A stretch of DNA of 48,457 nucleotides from Acidobacteria bacterium ADurb.Bin340 (GTDB lineage: Bacteria > Acidobacteriota > Holophagae > Holophagales > Holophagaceae): positions 1 through 48,457 of the forward strand of contig MWBB01000001.1 in assembly GCA_002068835.1 (NCBI GenBank). Reading direction: 5' to 3'. Position 1 is the first letter of the stretch. Each line of letters starts with the position of its first letter. Under the pieces are notes generated by a model. That model searched no databases, was not told where the DNA came from, and worked only from the letters and a program-made list of their open reading frames with translations. This document shows, in pieces, positions 15,783 through 25,800 of the stretch. A program made the position numbers and the translations under genes.

Positions 15783-16799
15783 TCACAGGAACCGGGCAGC
15801 CTCCTCCTTGACCTCATCCACCCAGGCGGCCCAGGCACCGCTCTCGAAAGGACCGGAATCCGCGGGCGGCAATCCCCTGCGGAAGGCGGCAAAACGCTCG
15901 GCAGCGGGACGCCAGAGCGCTTCGGGCAGATTCTCCGCCGCAGCGGCGCAGGCTTCGATTCCTGCGCGGGTCTGGCAGACGAGCAGGGCCTCGTGGCCAG
16001 CCTCCAGGGCCAGTCGCACCCGCTGGACCCAGGGGATGTCCGAGCACCCGCCCATCTCCAGGTCGTCGGGAATCCACCGCCCGGCGATGCCCCAGGGGTT
16101 GCCCGCCACGGACCCCCGATGCAGGCTGGCGGGCTGGCCGCAGGTGCCCGGCGTTTTCAGGTGGGCCACCATCACCAGGCGATCCCGGTGGGCCAAAGCC
16201 CGGAAGGGCTGCAGATTGCGGGTGATCTGCCCCATGTCCCTCAGCTCCGGCAGGGTCTTGTGGCTGTCCACAGTGGTGCCCCCCAGCCCCGGGTAGTGCT
16301 TCAGGCAGCCGCGGACTCCTGCGGATTCGAGCCCGTGCAGGAAAGCCCCCGCCGCCTGGGCCGACTCGCGAGGATCCTCGCTGGCGCACCGGTCTCCCAG
16401 ACCCGTGTCCGGATGACCGTCCCACAGATCCGCCACCGGCGCGAAATCGACCTGGAAGCCCAGCAGGCGAAGACCCCGGGCCCACCGTCCGCCCCAGGCG
16501 GCGCAGGCGGCATCCCCGCCCTTCCGCCAAAGGGTCCGCAGGCCCGGCGTCGGGCCCACCCAGGTCTTGAGGCGCGACACGGCCCCGCCTTCCTGATCCA
16601 GGGCGACCGGCAGGGTGGCGACCCGGCCCCAGCGGTCCTGCAGCCCCCGGATCAACGCGTGGCAGCGTGCCGGACCGGCCAGGGGATCCGGATCCAGGTT
16701 CCGCGCAAAAAGAATCACCGCCCCCGGCACCGGTGCTTCCGGCACCTCCGCTGCATCCTTGCCATCGAAACCGATCCAGAGCAGGTCGTGGGCGTTCAT
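15783..16799 (-). CDS. nagZ: Beta-N-acetylhexosaminidase NagZ (glycoside hydrolase family 3)
   Basis: LWIGFDG..., [21 protein letters not shown] and [20 protein letters not shown] are GH3 NagZ signatures. The start overlaps the upstream stop (ATGA). Confidence 0.9.
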   Translation of the reverse strand: MNAHDLLWIGFDGKDAAEVPEAPVPGAVILFARNLDPDPLAGPARCHALIRGLQDRWGRVATLPVALDQEGGAVSRLKTWVGPTPGLRTLWRKGGDAACAAWGGRWARGLRLLGFQVDFAPVADLWDGHPDTGLGDRCASEDPRESAQAAGAFLHGLESAGVRGCLKHYPGLGGTTVDSHKTLPELRDMGQITRNLQPFRALAHRDRLVMVAHLKTPGTCGQPASLHRGSVAGNPWGIAGRWIPDDLEMGGCSDIPWVQRVRLALEAGHEALLVCQTRAGIEACAAAAENLPEALWRPAAERFAAFRRGLPPADSGPFESGAWAAWVDEVKEEAARFL

Positions 16800-17716
16800 G
16801 GTTCCAGGTTAGCGCCGCCGGACAAGGCCCGGGCCACCTCCTGCTCGGCGTGGACCCGGGCAGACCGCACGGCGTACAGGGCTGCCTCCAGCTGGGCCTT
16901 CCACAGTTCGAAGGCGGGATCCTCGGGCTGGAAGGCTGTCCTTCCTTCGAATCCCAGGAAGAGCCCTCCCACCAGTTCCTCCTCGTGGCGCAGCGGCACC
17001 AGGAAGCCATCCGGGTACCCCCCGGCCCAACCCCAGTCCCGAGCCTCGGTGAATTCCTCCGGCAGGGGCAGCGTCCCGAAGGCCGCCCAGGGGCGATCCC
17101 CGAAACGGGCGGCCACCTCCCAGATGCGGCCCGACCCCGGGAGGAGCACCACCGCGCCATCGGCCCCGAAACGGGAGCGGAGATGATCCAGGAACGGCAA
17201 CGCCACCGCGGATTCATCCAGACACCCCAGCGCCTTCCTCAAGAGTCCGTTGAGCGCGATCACCTCGCCCTGGAAAGCCCTCAGTTCCTCCACCCGCGCC
17301 GCCACCCGGTCTTCGAGGTCCCGCTGGTAGTCCTCCACCTGGCGCAGCAGGCGGGCGTGGTCGAGGGCCCGATCCAGCACCGCTTCCAGTTCATCGAGCT
17401 TGAAGGGCTTCTGCACGAAATCGTAGGCCCCCCGCTTGAGCGCCTCGATGGCCGTGGAAAGGGAGGCGTAGCCCGTGAGCACCACGCAGAGGGCCTTGGG
17501 ATCCCGTGCCTTCACGGCCGCGATGAGGTCCAGGCCCGAGGGCCCGCCTGGCATGTTCAGGTCCGTGAGGATCACGGGGAAATGCCGTCGGCCGAGCTGG
17601 GCCAAGGCGCTGGCGGCGCCATCGGCCTCCTCGACCACATAGCCATCCTCCGTCAGGGCTTCCTTCAGCGAAGCCCGCAGGTCCGCCTCGTCATCCACCA
17701 GGAGAATGGGATCCAT
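16796..17716 (-). CDS. Response regulator: receiver domain plus coiled coil plus GAF-like C-terminal domain
   Basis: ILLVDDEADLR...VILTDLNMPGGPSGLDL...VVLTGYAS...YDFVQKPFKLDEL is a canonical REC domain. The C-terminal approximately 170 aa carry no output motif that I recognise. Confidence 0.85.
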   Translation of the reverse strand: MDPILLVDDEADLRASLKEALTEDGYVVEEADGAASALAQLGRRHFPVILTDLNMPGGPSGLDLIAAVKARDPKALCVVLTGYASLSTAIEALKRGAYDFVQKPFKLDELEAVLDRALDHARLLRQVEDYQRDLEDRVAARVEELRAFQGEVIALNGLLRKALGCLDESAVALPFLDHLRSRFGADGAVVLLPGSGRIWEVAARFGDRPWAAFGTLPLPEEFTEARDWGWAGGYPDGFLVPLRHEEELVGGLFLGFEGRTAFQPEDPAFELWKAQLEAALYAVRSARVHAEQEVARALSGGANLEP

Positions 17717-17718
17717 GG

Positions 17719-19140
17719 TCAGCCTCGGATGCGGTGCAGCGTCAGATCGAAGACCCGGGATTCCAGGAAGATGCGGAAGGCCTCGGGATCCAGCAGGCCC
17801 GCCTTCGTTTCATCCTCCAGGATCTCCAGGCTCCGGGGCACGGACACCGCCACCTTGTAGGGGCGGTCCGCAGCCACCAGCGCATCGTAGACATCCGCCA
17901 CCGCCATGAGCTTGCTCTGCACCGGGATCTGCTCGGAGGTCAGGCCCCTCGGATAACCCCGGCCATTCAGCCGCTCGTGGTGGGCATAGGCGATCTCTGG
18001 AAGATCCTTCAGACCGGTGGTCCAGGGGATCTGCCGGAGGAAGCGGAAGGTGTGGGTGACGTGGCTGTTGATCTCCTCCCGCTCGGCCGCGGACAGGCTG
18101 CCCTTGGGGATACGGAGGGCCGCCACGTCCTCCGGCTCCAGGATGGGCGCAGGGGTTCCGCCGTAATGCTGGAAATCCAGCACCTCCAGCTCGTCCATGC
18201 GGTCCGCGACCTCCTTGGGCAGCACCTGGGGCTCGTTGCAGCGGATCACCAGATCCATCAGGCGGCGGCTTTCGGCTTGCCGCTCTGCCAGCAGCCGCTG
18301 GAACCGTCCGGCATCATGGGGCTCCCCTTCGGACCAGGCCCTTTCCATCAGCTCCAGCGCCACTTCCAGATCCCGCTGATGGAGCCGCTGAAGGATGCGT
18401 TCCAAGCGTTCCGGCTCCAGTTTCTTGGCCTTCACCAGCACCTGCTCACGCACGCCCACCTTGCCGAAATCGTGGAGCAGGCTGGCGTAGCGCAGTTCCT
18501 TGAGCTGCTGGTCCGAGAATCGGATGGCCCCGTAGGCGCCGCCTTCCGTGCGGTTGACGGCCTCCGCCAGCCCCACCGTGAGGTCCGCCACCCGGCTGGA
18601 ATGGCCCGAAGTGCTCGGATCGCGGGACTCGATGGCCGTCACGGAGGCCTGGACGAAACCCTCGAAAAGCCGCTCGATTTCGTCCTTGAGCTGGAGGATC
18701 TCCTGGGTTCGCTCCTGGACCATCTCCTCCAGCCGGCTCTGGTAGGCCTCGTTCTCCCGCAGGGTTCGGTAGTGGGCCAGGGCGCGGTTCATGCTGGCTT
18801 CCAGCTCCGCCAGCTTGAAGGGCTTCTGGATGAAGTCGTAGGCCCCCCGCTTGAGAGCCTGGATGGCGGCCTCGGTGGTGGCATAACCCGTCATCAGGAT
18901 CGTGAAGGCCTTGGGGTCCACCGCCTGGACGGCCCGGAGCAGATCCAGGCCCGACTGGCCGCCGGGCATGTTGAGATCCGTGAAGATCAGCGCGAAATGC
19001 CGCTGGCGAACCTGGTCCAGGGCCGCCTCCGCGCTTTCGGCGCCCGCGGCGTCGTAGCCCATGGCTTCCAGGGCCTCCACCAGGAGGGTCCGGAAATCGT
19101 GTTCGTCGTCGACGATGAGGACCGAGAGGGGTTCGACCAT
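17719..19140 (-). CDS. Response regulator with HD-GYP domain (c-di-GMP phosphodiesterase type, RpfG-like)
   Basis: REC domain (VLIVDDEHDFR...LIFTDLNMPGGQSGLDL...KPFKLAEL), then a coiled coil, then HSSRVADLT...ASLLHDFGKVGV (HD) ... AYAHHERLNGRGYPRGL (GYP). Confidence 0.9.
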   Translation of the reverse strand: MVEPLSVLIVDDEHDFRTLLVEALEAMGYDAAGAESAEAALDQVRQRHFALIFTDLNMPGGQSGLDLLRAVQAVDPKAFTILMTGYATTEAAIQALKRGAYDFIQKPFKLAELEASMNRALAHYRTLRENEAYQSRLEEMVQERTQEILQLKDEIERLFEGFVQASVTAIESRDPSTSGHSSRVADLTVGLAEAVNRTEGGAYGAIRFSDQQLKELRYASLLHDFGKVGVREQVLVKAKKLEPERLERILQRLHQRDLEVALELMERAWSEGEPHDAGRFQRLLAERQAESRRLMDLVIRCNEPQVLPKEVADRMDELEVLDFQHYGGTPAPILEPEDVAALRIPKGSLSAAEREEINSHVTHTFRFLRQIPWTTGLKDLPEIAYAHHERLNGRGYPRGLTSEQIPVQSKLMAVADVYDALVAADRPYKVAVSVPRSLEILEDETKAGLLDPEAFRIFLESRVFDLTLHRIRG

Positions 19141-19238
19141 GGGATTCGGGGCCGGGGAAGGAGGCCCCGGGCATGGACCCCCTATCGGCAGCCCCGCGGG
19201 AGAAGCTGAAGAGCGGGCGTGCGATACCTCATTAACGT

Positions 19239-20072
19239 TTATTCATACAGCCGTTCGGCAGTGCGGCGCCGGGGCGTTCCCCCGCTGGCGGCCACGAAAC
19301 GGCGAACGCCCAGCGCGATGGCCTCCACCACGCGCTTCCGGAAGGCTTCGTCCTTGAGGCGCCGCTCCTCCCGGGGATTGGAGAGGAAGGCCACCTCCAC
19401 CAGGACCGCCGGCATGGCGGCTCCCCGGAGCACCACGAAGGGCGCCTGCTTCACCCCGCGCTGCTTGATGCCCCCCAGGCGGTTGAGCTGCACGAGGATG
19501 GATTCCGCCAGCTGCTCCGAAGCCCTCAGGTAGGCCTTCTGGGCCAGATCCTGGAGGATGTCCGCCAGAACCCCTTCGGGCCCCGGGGCCTCTCCGGCTC
19601 CGGCGTTCTCCAGGGCCGCCACCTCCGCCGCATCCGCATCGCCCTGGTCCAGGCTCAGGAAATAGACCTCCGACCCCTTGGCGGCCCGGGCCCGGGCCGC
19701 ATTGAGATGCAGGCTCACGAAGAGGTCCGCCTCCTGGGCATTGGCCCAGCGGGCACGATCCCACAGGGGCACGAAGGTGTCGTCCTCCCGGGTCATCAGC
19801 ACGTCGAAACCGGCCTTCTCCAGGAGGGGCCGAAGCTTCCGGGCCAGGTCCAGGGCCGCCTCCTTCTCCTTCAGGCCCGTGCGCCCCAGGGCGCCCGTGT
19901 CTTCGCCGCCGTGTCCGGGATCCAGCACAACCTTGATCCGGGGCGGGGCCAGGGATACCTCGGGTGTTGAGGTCTGCCCCCATGCCAGTAGGCTGATGGT
20001 GAGGGCCAGGATGGCCCTCGGGAGTTTCGGAATGGCCCAATCCGTCAAAGGCACGCGTGACCTGCTCGGCAA
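19239..20072 (-). CDS. N-acetylmuramoyl-L-alanine amidase (Amidase_3, AmiC-like), secreted
   Basis: KVVLDPGHGGEDTGALG, LTREDDTFVPLWDRARWANAQEADLFVSLHLNA and AVLVEVAFLSNPREE are Amidase_3 signatures. Signal peptide KLPRAILALTISLLAWG. The 5' end is uncertain: only TTG 20072, GTG 20054 and TTG 20048 are available as starts. Confidence 0.85.
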   Translation of the reverse strand: MPSRSRVPLTDWAIPKLPRAILALTISLLAWGQTSTPEVSLAPPRIKVVLDPGHGGEDTGALGRTGLKEKEAALDLARKLRPLLEKAGFDVLMTREDDTFVPLWDRARWANAQEADLFVSLHLNAARARAAKGSEVYFLSLDQGDADAAEVAALENAGAGEAPGPEGVLADILQDLAQKAYLRASEQLAESILVQLNRLGGIKQRGVKQAPFVVLRGAAMPAVLVEVAFLSNPREERRLKDEAFRKRVVEAIALGVRRFVAASGGTPRRRTAERLYE

Positions 20073-21279
20073 CGAGATGAAGTGGTTCCAGCGGATCGAG
20101 GATACCGCGCGGCGGATCTTCCACCGCCATGGCTACGAGGAAATCCGCACGCCGATCCTCGAAGAGATCGACGTCTTCAAACGCTCCGTGGGCGAAAGCT
20201 CGGACATCGTCAACAAGGAGATGTACGACTTCGTGGACAAGGGCGGGCGCCATGTGGTGATGCGCCCCGAGAATACCGCCGGCGTGGTGCGAGCCATGAT
20301 CCAGCACAAGCTGCTCGCGACCAGCGATCCCCGGCTCCTCTACTACATCGGACCCCAGTTCCGGTACGAGCGCATGCAGGCAGGCCGCTACCGCCAGTTC
20401 TGGCAGATTGGCGCCGAAAGCTTCGGCGTGGCCACCCCCGAAAGCGAAGCCGAAAGCCTGGTGATGCTCTTCGACTTCCTGAACGAACTGGGCCTCAAGC
20501 ACCTGAAGCTCTCCATCAATTCGGTCGGCACCCCGGAAAGCCGCCCCGCCTTCCAGGCGGCCTTCCGCGCCTTCTTCGAGGCCCGCCAGGAAGCCTTCTG
20601 CGGCGATTGCCACCGGCGCATCGCCCAGAACCCCCTGCGGGTGCTGGACTGCAAGGTGCCCGGCTGCCAGACCGCCCTGGAGGGGCATCCCCGGATCACG
20701 GACCACCTCGACGAAGCCAGCCGCGCCCATCACGCCCGCCTGAAAGTCCTGCTGGAGGCCCTGGGCGTGCCCTACGAGGAGAATCCGCGTCTGGTGCGGG
20801 GCCTCGACTACTACACGCGGACGGCCTTCGAGGTGCTGAGCGCGGACCTGGGCGCCCAATCCGCCCTGCTGGGAGGCGGGCGCTATGACGGCCTGGTGAG
20901 CCACCTGGACGGCCCGCCGACGCCGGCCTTCGGCTGGGCCATCGGCCTGGACCGGCTCGCGTCCCTGATGCAGCAGCTCCACGGCGATGCCCCCGCCCCC
21001 CGACCCGCGCTCCTCATCCCCCTGGGCGAAGCCGCCGCCCTGGAGGCCATGGCCCTGGCCCGGAAATGGTGGGCGGAAGGCTGCGCCGTGCAGGTGGACA
21101 CCCGCGGCCAAGGACTCAAGAAGGCCCTGCAGACCGCCAACCGCCTCGGGTTCGCCCGCGCCCTCATCCTGGGGGATGGCGAGCGCGAGCAGGGCGTGGT
21201 GGCCGTCAAGGATCTGGCCGCGGGCACCCAGGAAACCTGGCCCCTCGATCAGGTTGCGCAGCGATTGTCCACCGTCTGA
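20032..21279 (+). CDS. hisS: Histidine--tRNA ligase
   Basis: MAQSVKGTRDLLGNEM..., RTPILEEIDVF, NKEMYDF, MRPENTAGVVRA, YYIGPQFRYERMQAGRYRQFWQIGAE, RGLDYYTRTAFEV and LGGGRYDGL are class II HisRS motifs. Start set at the internal ATG 20032 of ORF 19678..21279. Confidence 0.95.
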   Translation: MAQSVKGTRDLLGNEMKWFQRIEDTARRIFHRHGYEEIRTPILEEIDVFKRSVGESSDIVNKEMYDFVDKGGRHVVMRPENTAGVVRAMIQHKLLATSDPRLLYYIGPQFRYERMQAGRYRQFWQIGAESFGVATPESEAESLVMLFDFLNELGLKHLKLSINSVGTPESRPAFQAAFRAFFEARQEAFCGDCHRRIAQNPLRVLDCKVPGCQTALEGHPRITDHLDEASRAHHARLKVLLEALGVPYEENPRLVRGLDYYTRTAFEVLSADLGAQSALLGGGRYDGLVSHLDGPPTPAFGWAIGLDRLASLMQQLHGDAPAPRPALLIPLGEAAALEAMALARKWWAEGCAVQVDTRGQGLKKALQTANRLGFARALILGDGEREQGVVAVKDLAAGTQETWPLDQVAQRLSTV

Positions 21280-21300
21280 ACCTCCCGACCGGAGCCCTCC

Positions 21301-21786
21301 ATGAAGGATCCCGCCCCCCATCCCGGCTTCCCCGTTTCCGCCACCAGCATGCTCATCGCTGCGGCCCGGCGGCACCTGAAGCAGGTGATCTCCGGCTTGG
21401 TGGAGCCTCTCGGCCTCACCCCTCACCAGTTCTGGGCCCTGCTGCTGCTGCGTGAGATCGGCCCCCAGACCCTAACGGATCTGGCCAGCCACATGTGGCT
21501 GGACCACCCCACCACCTCCCGGCTGGTCCACGCCCTGCAGGACCTGGGCTACCTGAGCATCCAGCCCCACCCCCAGCAGGGGCGGCGGGTGCTCATCCAG
21601 ATCCTTCCGGAACGGCAGGCCGAAGTGGATCGCCTGGCCGAACAGGCCGAGGTCTTCCGATCGGAGCTGGAGGCCGGAGTCACCCCCGAGGAAAAGGCGG
21701 CCTTCCGCGAGATGATGCGCAAGCTCCTGCTGAACCTCGAAGGCCTCCAGGCCAAGTACCGCGGCCACCGACGGGACGACCTGTAG
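21301..21786 (+). CDS. MarR family transcriptional regulator
   Basis: LGLTPHQFWALLLLREIGPQTLTDLASHMWLDHPTTSRLVHALQDLGYLSIQPHPQQGRRVLIQI is the winged-helix MarR pattern. It directly precedes efflux genes. Confidence 0.85.
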   Translation: MKDPAPHPGFPVSATSMLIAAARRHLKQVISGLVEPLGLTPHQFWALLLLREIGPQTLTDLASHMWLDHPTTSRLVHALQDLGYLSIQPHPQQGRRVLIQILPERQAEVDRLAEQAEVFRSELEAGVTPEEKAAFREMMRKLLLNLEGLQAKYRGHRRDDL

Positions 21787-21859
21787 CCTACCTCTTGTCA
21801 CGAGGCTAGAATCGGCACCACCCTTCGGCCGCCGCCGGGGGAGCGTCCTGGGAGCCTTC

Positions 21860-22879
21860 ATGCACCGTGCCCTCCTCGCCCTGCCCCTGTGCGCCACCTT
21901 GCTGTCCGCCCAGGCCCCCGGGAGCCGGGGACCCGCCGCCACACCGATCCGCACGGCTCCCATCGAGGCCCGCACCCTGGAACAGACGGTGGCCTTCTCG
22001 GGCTCCCTGGCCTCTCCGGAAGATGCGACCGTCGGCGCCGAAGTGGAAGGCCGCGTGGTGGCCATCGCCGCGGACCTGGGGGATGCCGTGGGCCGGGGGC
22101 GGGTGCTGGCCCGCATCAATCCCGACGAATACCGTTTCCGGCTGGAGCAGGCGGAAGCGGCCCGGAAGGAGGCGGAAGCCAACCTGACCCGAGCCCAGGA
22201 GCTCTCCAAAGAGGGCATCGTCTCCCCCAAGGACCTCGACAATGCCCGGGTTGCCGCGGCCCGCGCCAACGCTGACGCGGATCTGGCCCGCAAGCGCTTC
22301 GCGGATACCGACGTGAAGGCGCCCTTCGCAGGTGCCGTGGCCCAGCGGCTGGTGAGCGTGGGGGAATACGTGAAGGTGGGCCAGTCCCTCTTCCAGGTGG
22401 TCATGACGAATCCCCTGAAGCTCACGGGAGAAGTGCCCGAACGCCACCTGGGCCAGATCAGGCCCGGCGCGGCGGTGCGCCTCCGCCTGGATGCATTCCC
22501 TGGCCAGACCTTCAGCGGCACCCTCACCCGGGTCGCCCCGGCCATCCAGGTGCAGAGCCGCGCCTTCCGGGTGGAAGCGCGGATCCCCAACCCCAAGGGC
22601 CTCCTGAAGCCCGGCGCCTTCGCCGGAGCCAACGTGGTGGTGGGACGCGATACGGGCGCACTGGTGGTGCCCGAGGCCGCGGTGACCGTCTTCGCCGGCG
22701 TGGCCAAGATCTTCGTGATCGAAGGCGGCGTGGCCCGGGAACGGCGGGTGACCGTGGAACGCCGCCTGCCCGATGGCCGGGTGGCCCTCAAGGGTGAAGG
22801 TCTGCGCGCAGGCCTTTCCGTGGCCGTGGCCGGACTGGCGCGGCTGGGCGATGGCGTGGCCGTGGCCGTGCAGCCCTGA
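21860..22879 (+). CDS. Efflux RND transporter periplasmic adaptor subunit (MFP/HlyD family)
   Basis: Signal peptide, then a coiled-coil hairpin (YRFRLEQAEAARKEAEANLTRAQEL...LDNARVAAARANADADLARKRFADTDVKAPFAGAV), then the beta-barrel motif (FPGQTFSGTLTRVAP). Confidence 0.9.
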   Translation: MHRALLALPLCATLLSAQAPGSRGPAATPIRTAPIEARTLEQTVAFSGSLASPEDATVGAEVEGRVVAIAADLGDAVGRGRVLARINPDEYRFRLEQAEAARKEAEANLTRAQELSKEGIVSPKDLDNARVAAARANADADLARKRFADTDVKAPFAGAVAQRLVSVGEYVKVGQSLFQVVMTNPLKLTGEVPERHLGQIRPGAAVRLRLDAFPGQTFSGTLTRVAPAIQVQSRAFRVEARIPNPKGLLKPGAFAGANVVVGRDTGALVVPEAAVTVFAGVAKIFVIEGGVARERRVTVERRLPDGRVALKGEGLRAGLSVAVAGLARLGDGVAVAVQP

Positions 22880-22886
22880 GGCGACC

Positions 22887-25800
22887 GTGAACTTCGCGTC
22901 CATCTTCGTCCGCCGCCCCGTCTTCGCCACCATGGTGGTGGCCTTCCTCACCGTGATGGGGCTCCTGTCCTACCGCAAGCTGGGCGTGGACCTCATGCCC
23001 AACGTGGATCTGCCCACCGTCACCGTAAGCACGATCCTGCGGGGCGCCAGCCCCGAGGAGATCGAGGCCCAGATCACCAAGCCCATCGAGGATGCCGTCA
23101 ACACCTGCTCGGGCATCGATGAGCTGCGCAGCGTGAGCCGCGAAGGCGTGTCCTCGGTCACCGTGCAGTTCGTGCTGGAACGTCCCAGTGCCGAGGCCAT
23201 CCAGGATGTGCGCGACAAGGTGAGCGCCATCCTGAACCGCCTGCCCGAGGGCACCGAGCCGCCGGTCATCACCAAGTTCGACACCGACGCCATCCCCGTG
23301 GCCACGCTGGTGATCACGGGCCCCCAGAGCATGAAGGAGCTCACGGAGCTGGCGGACAAGACCGTGAAGGAAGGCGTGCAGAGCGTCGATGGCGTGGGCC
23401 AGGCCTACCTGGTGGGCGGCCAGAAGCGGGCCATCAACATCTGGCTGGACACCGGCGCCCTGCGGGCCCGGGGGCTCACGGTGCAGCAGGTCCGCGAGGC
23501 TCTCGCCGCACAGAACGTGGAGATCCCTTCGGGCCGGGTGGACCGCCAGACCTCGGAGCAGGTCCTCCGCACCATGGCCCGGGTGAGCCGCGTGGAGGAC
23601 TTCAACAGCCTGGTCATTGCCAGCCGGGGCGGCGTGCCCGTGACCCTGGGCGAGATCGGCCAGGCCGTGGACGGACTGGAGGAGCCCCGCAGCCTCTCCC
23701 GCTACGATGGCGACAACGCCGTCTCCATCGTGGTGCAGAAGCAGAGCGGCACCAACACCGTGGAAGTGGTGGACCGCCTCAAGGCCCGCCTGGGCCGCAT
23801 CGAACGGAACCTGCCCCCGGGCGTGAAGGTGCAGGTGGTGAGGGATGGCTCGGTCTTCATCCGCAGCTCCATCGGCGAGGTGAAGCTGCACCTGGTGCTG
23901 GGGGCCATCCTGGCCTCCATCGTGGTGCTGGCCTTCATGGGGAACTGGCGCTCCACCCTCATCGCCAGCATCGCCATCCCCTGCAGCCTCATCGCCACGT
24001 TCACGGTGATGAAGGCCCTGGGCTTCACCCTGAACAACTACACGCTGCTGGGCCTGGTGCTGGCGGTGGGCATCGTCATCGATGACGCCATCGTGGTGCT
24101 GGAGAACGTGTACCGGCACATGGAGGAACTGGGCAAGAGCGCCTTCCAGGCGGCCCTGGACGGCACGAAGGAGATCATGCTGGCCGTGGTGGCCACCACC
24201 TCGTCGCTGGTGGTGATCTTCCTGCCCCTGGCCTTCATGCAGGGCCGCATCGGCCGATTCTTCTTCTCCTTCGGCATCACCGTGGCCGTGGCGGTCATCT
24301 TCAGCCTCATCATCGCCATCGTGCTCACGCCCATGCTCTGCTCCCGCTTCCTGAAGGCGGGCAGCATGGCGGGCCACGGCCACGAGGGCGGCACGACCCT
24401 GAACCGCTGGATCCACCGGGAGTACGCCCGCCTCGTGCGCTGGGCCATGGCGCGCAAGCGCACCGTGCTGGTGATCGCCGCCGCCTGCATCGCCGCGGTG
24501 TTGCCGCTCTACGGACTGCTGGGCAAGGACTTTCAGCCCCTGGACGACCGGGGCGAGTTCAACCTCTATGTACAGACCCCGCCGGGCTCCACCCTGGCCT
24601 CCAGCGATGCGCTGATGCGAAGGCTGGAGGCGGAGATCGGCAAGCTGCCCCACGTGCGCCACATGCTCACCACGTTGGGCGATACGGGCAGCGGCAATGC
24701 CGACGTGACCCAGTGCAACCTCTTCGTCTCCATGGATCCGCTGGGCGAACGGAAGCTCTCCCAGTTCCAGGTCATGGCCCAGGCCCGCAAAGTCCTGCAG
24801 GCCATGCCAGAACTGCGCGGCGCCGTGCAGCCCGTGGGCGATTGGGGCGGCGGCGGGGGCCAGTACCAGTTCAGCTACGCCATCCAGGGGCCGGATCTCC
24901 TCAAGCTGGACGAGCTGTCCCAGCGGGTGATGGCGCGCCTGCGCACGGAACCCGGCTTCGTGGATGTGGACACCAACCAGGCCTCCCGAAAACCTGAGGT
25001 CCAGGTGGCCATCGACCGGGCCAAGGCCGCGGATCTGGGCGTGCGGGCCACAGACATCGCCAATTCGCTGCGCTACCTGGTGGCGGGCGAACGGGTGGGC
25101 AAGTTCCGGGAGGGCGCCGAGCAGTACGACGTCTGGATCCAGGCCCGGCCCGAGGACCGGGACCGGGAGGAATCCCTCTACCAGATCGAAGTGCCCTCGG
25201 CCCGCGGAACGACCGTACCCCTGGCAAACCTGGTGCGCCTCCAGGACGACATGGGCCCGGGCCAGATCAACCGCATCAACCGCCTGCGCCAGATGACGGT
25301 GGTGGCCAACCTGGTGGACCTCCCCGTAGGCACCGCCCTGGAAAAGGCCCAGGCCATCGCCCGGGAGGCGGACCTTCCGCCGGGCTACCAGACCTTCGCG
25401 CTGGGCCGCGCCCGCAGTTTCAACGAGACCTACCAGAACTTCGCCATCGCCTTCGCGCTGTCCTTCGTCTTCATGTACATGATCCTGGCGGCTCAGTTCG
25501 AGAGTTTTCTGCACCCCGTCACCATCCTGCTGGCCCTGCCGCTGGCGGTGCCCTTCGCCCTGGTTTCGCTGCTGCTGCTGCGGGAGAGCCTGAACATCTA
25601 CAGCATCATCGGCCTCTTCATGCTGCTGGGCATCGTGAAGAAGAACGGCATCCTGCAGGTGGACTACACCAACACCCTGCGGGATGCAGGTCTGGCAAGG
25701 GACGAGGCCATCTTCAAGGCCAACCTCGTGCGCCTGCGGCCCATCCTCATGACCACCGTGACCCTCATCGCCGGCATGATCCCCATCGCCCTGGGCCAGG

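Noticed and set aside
22788-25514. Long antisense or alternative-frame ORFs opposite well-supported genes. Examples: 22788..25514 (908 aa, opposite the RND pump), 19243..21426 (727 aa, opposite hisS), 9744..11369 (541 aa), 5666..6922, 6069..7256, 35924..38173, 38170..39672, 15814..17217 and 25912..27669.
   Set aside because: - All of them overlap genes that have strong family motifs on the other strand or frame.
- Their translations are Arg/Pro/Gly/Ala/His-rich low complexity without motifs.
- They are the typical high-GC ORF-caller artefact.
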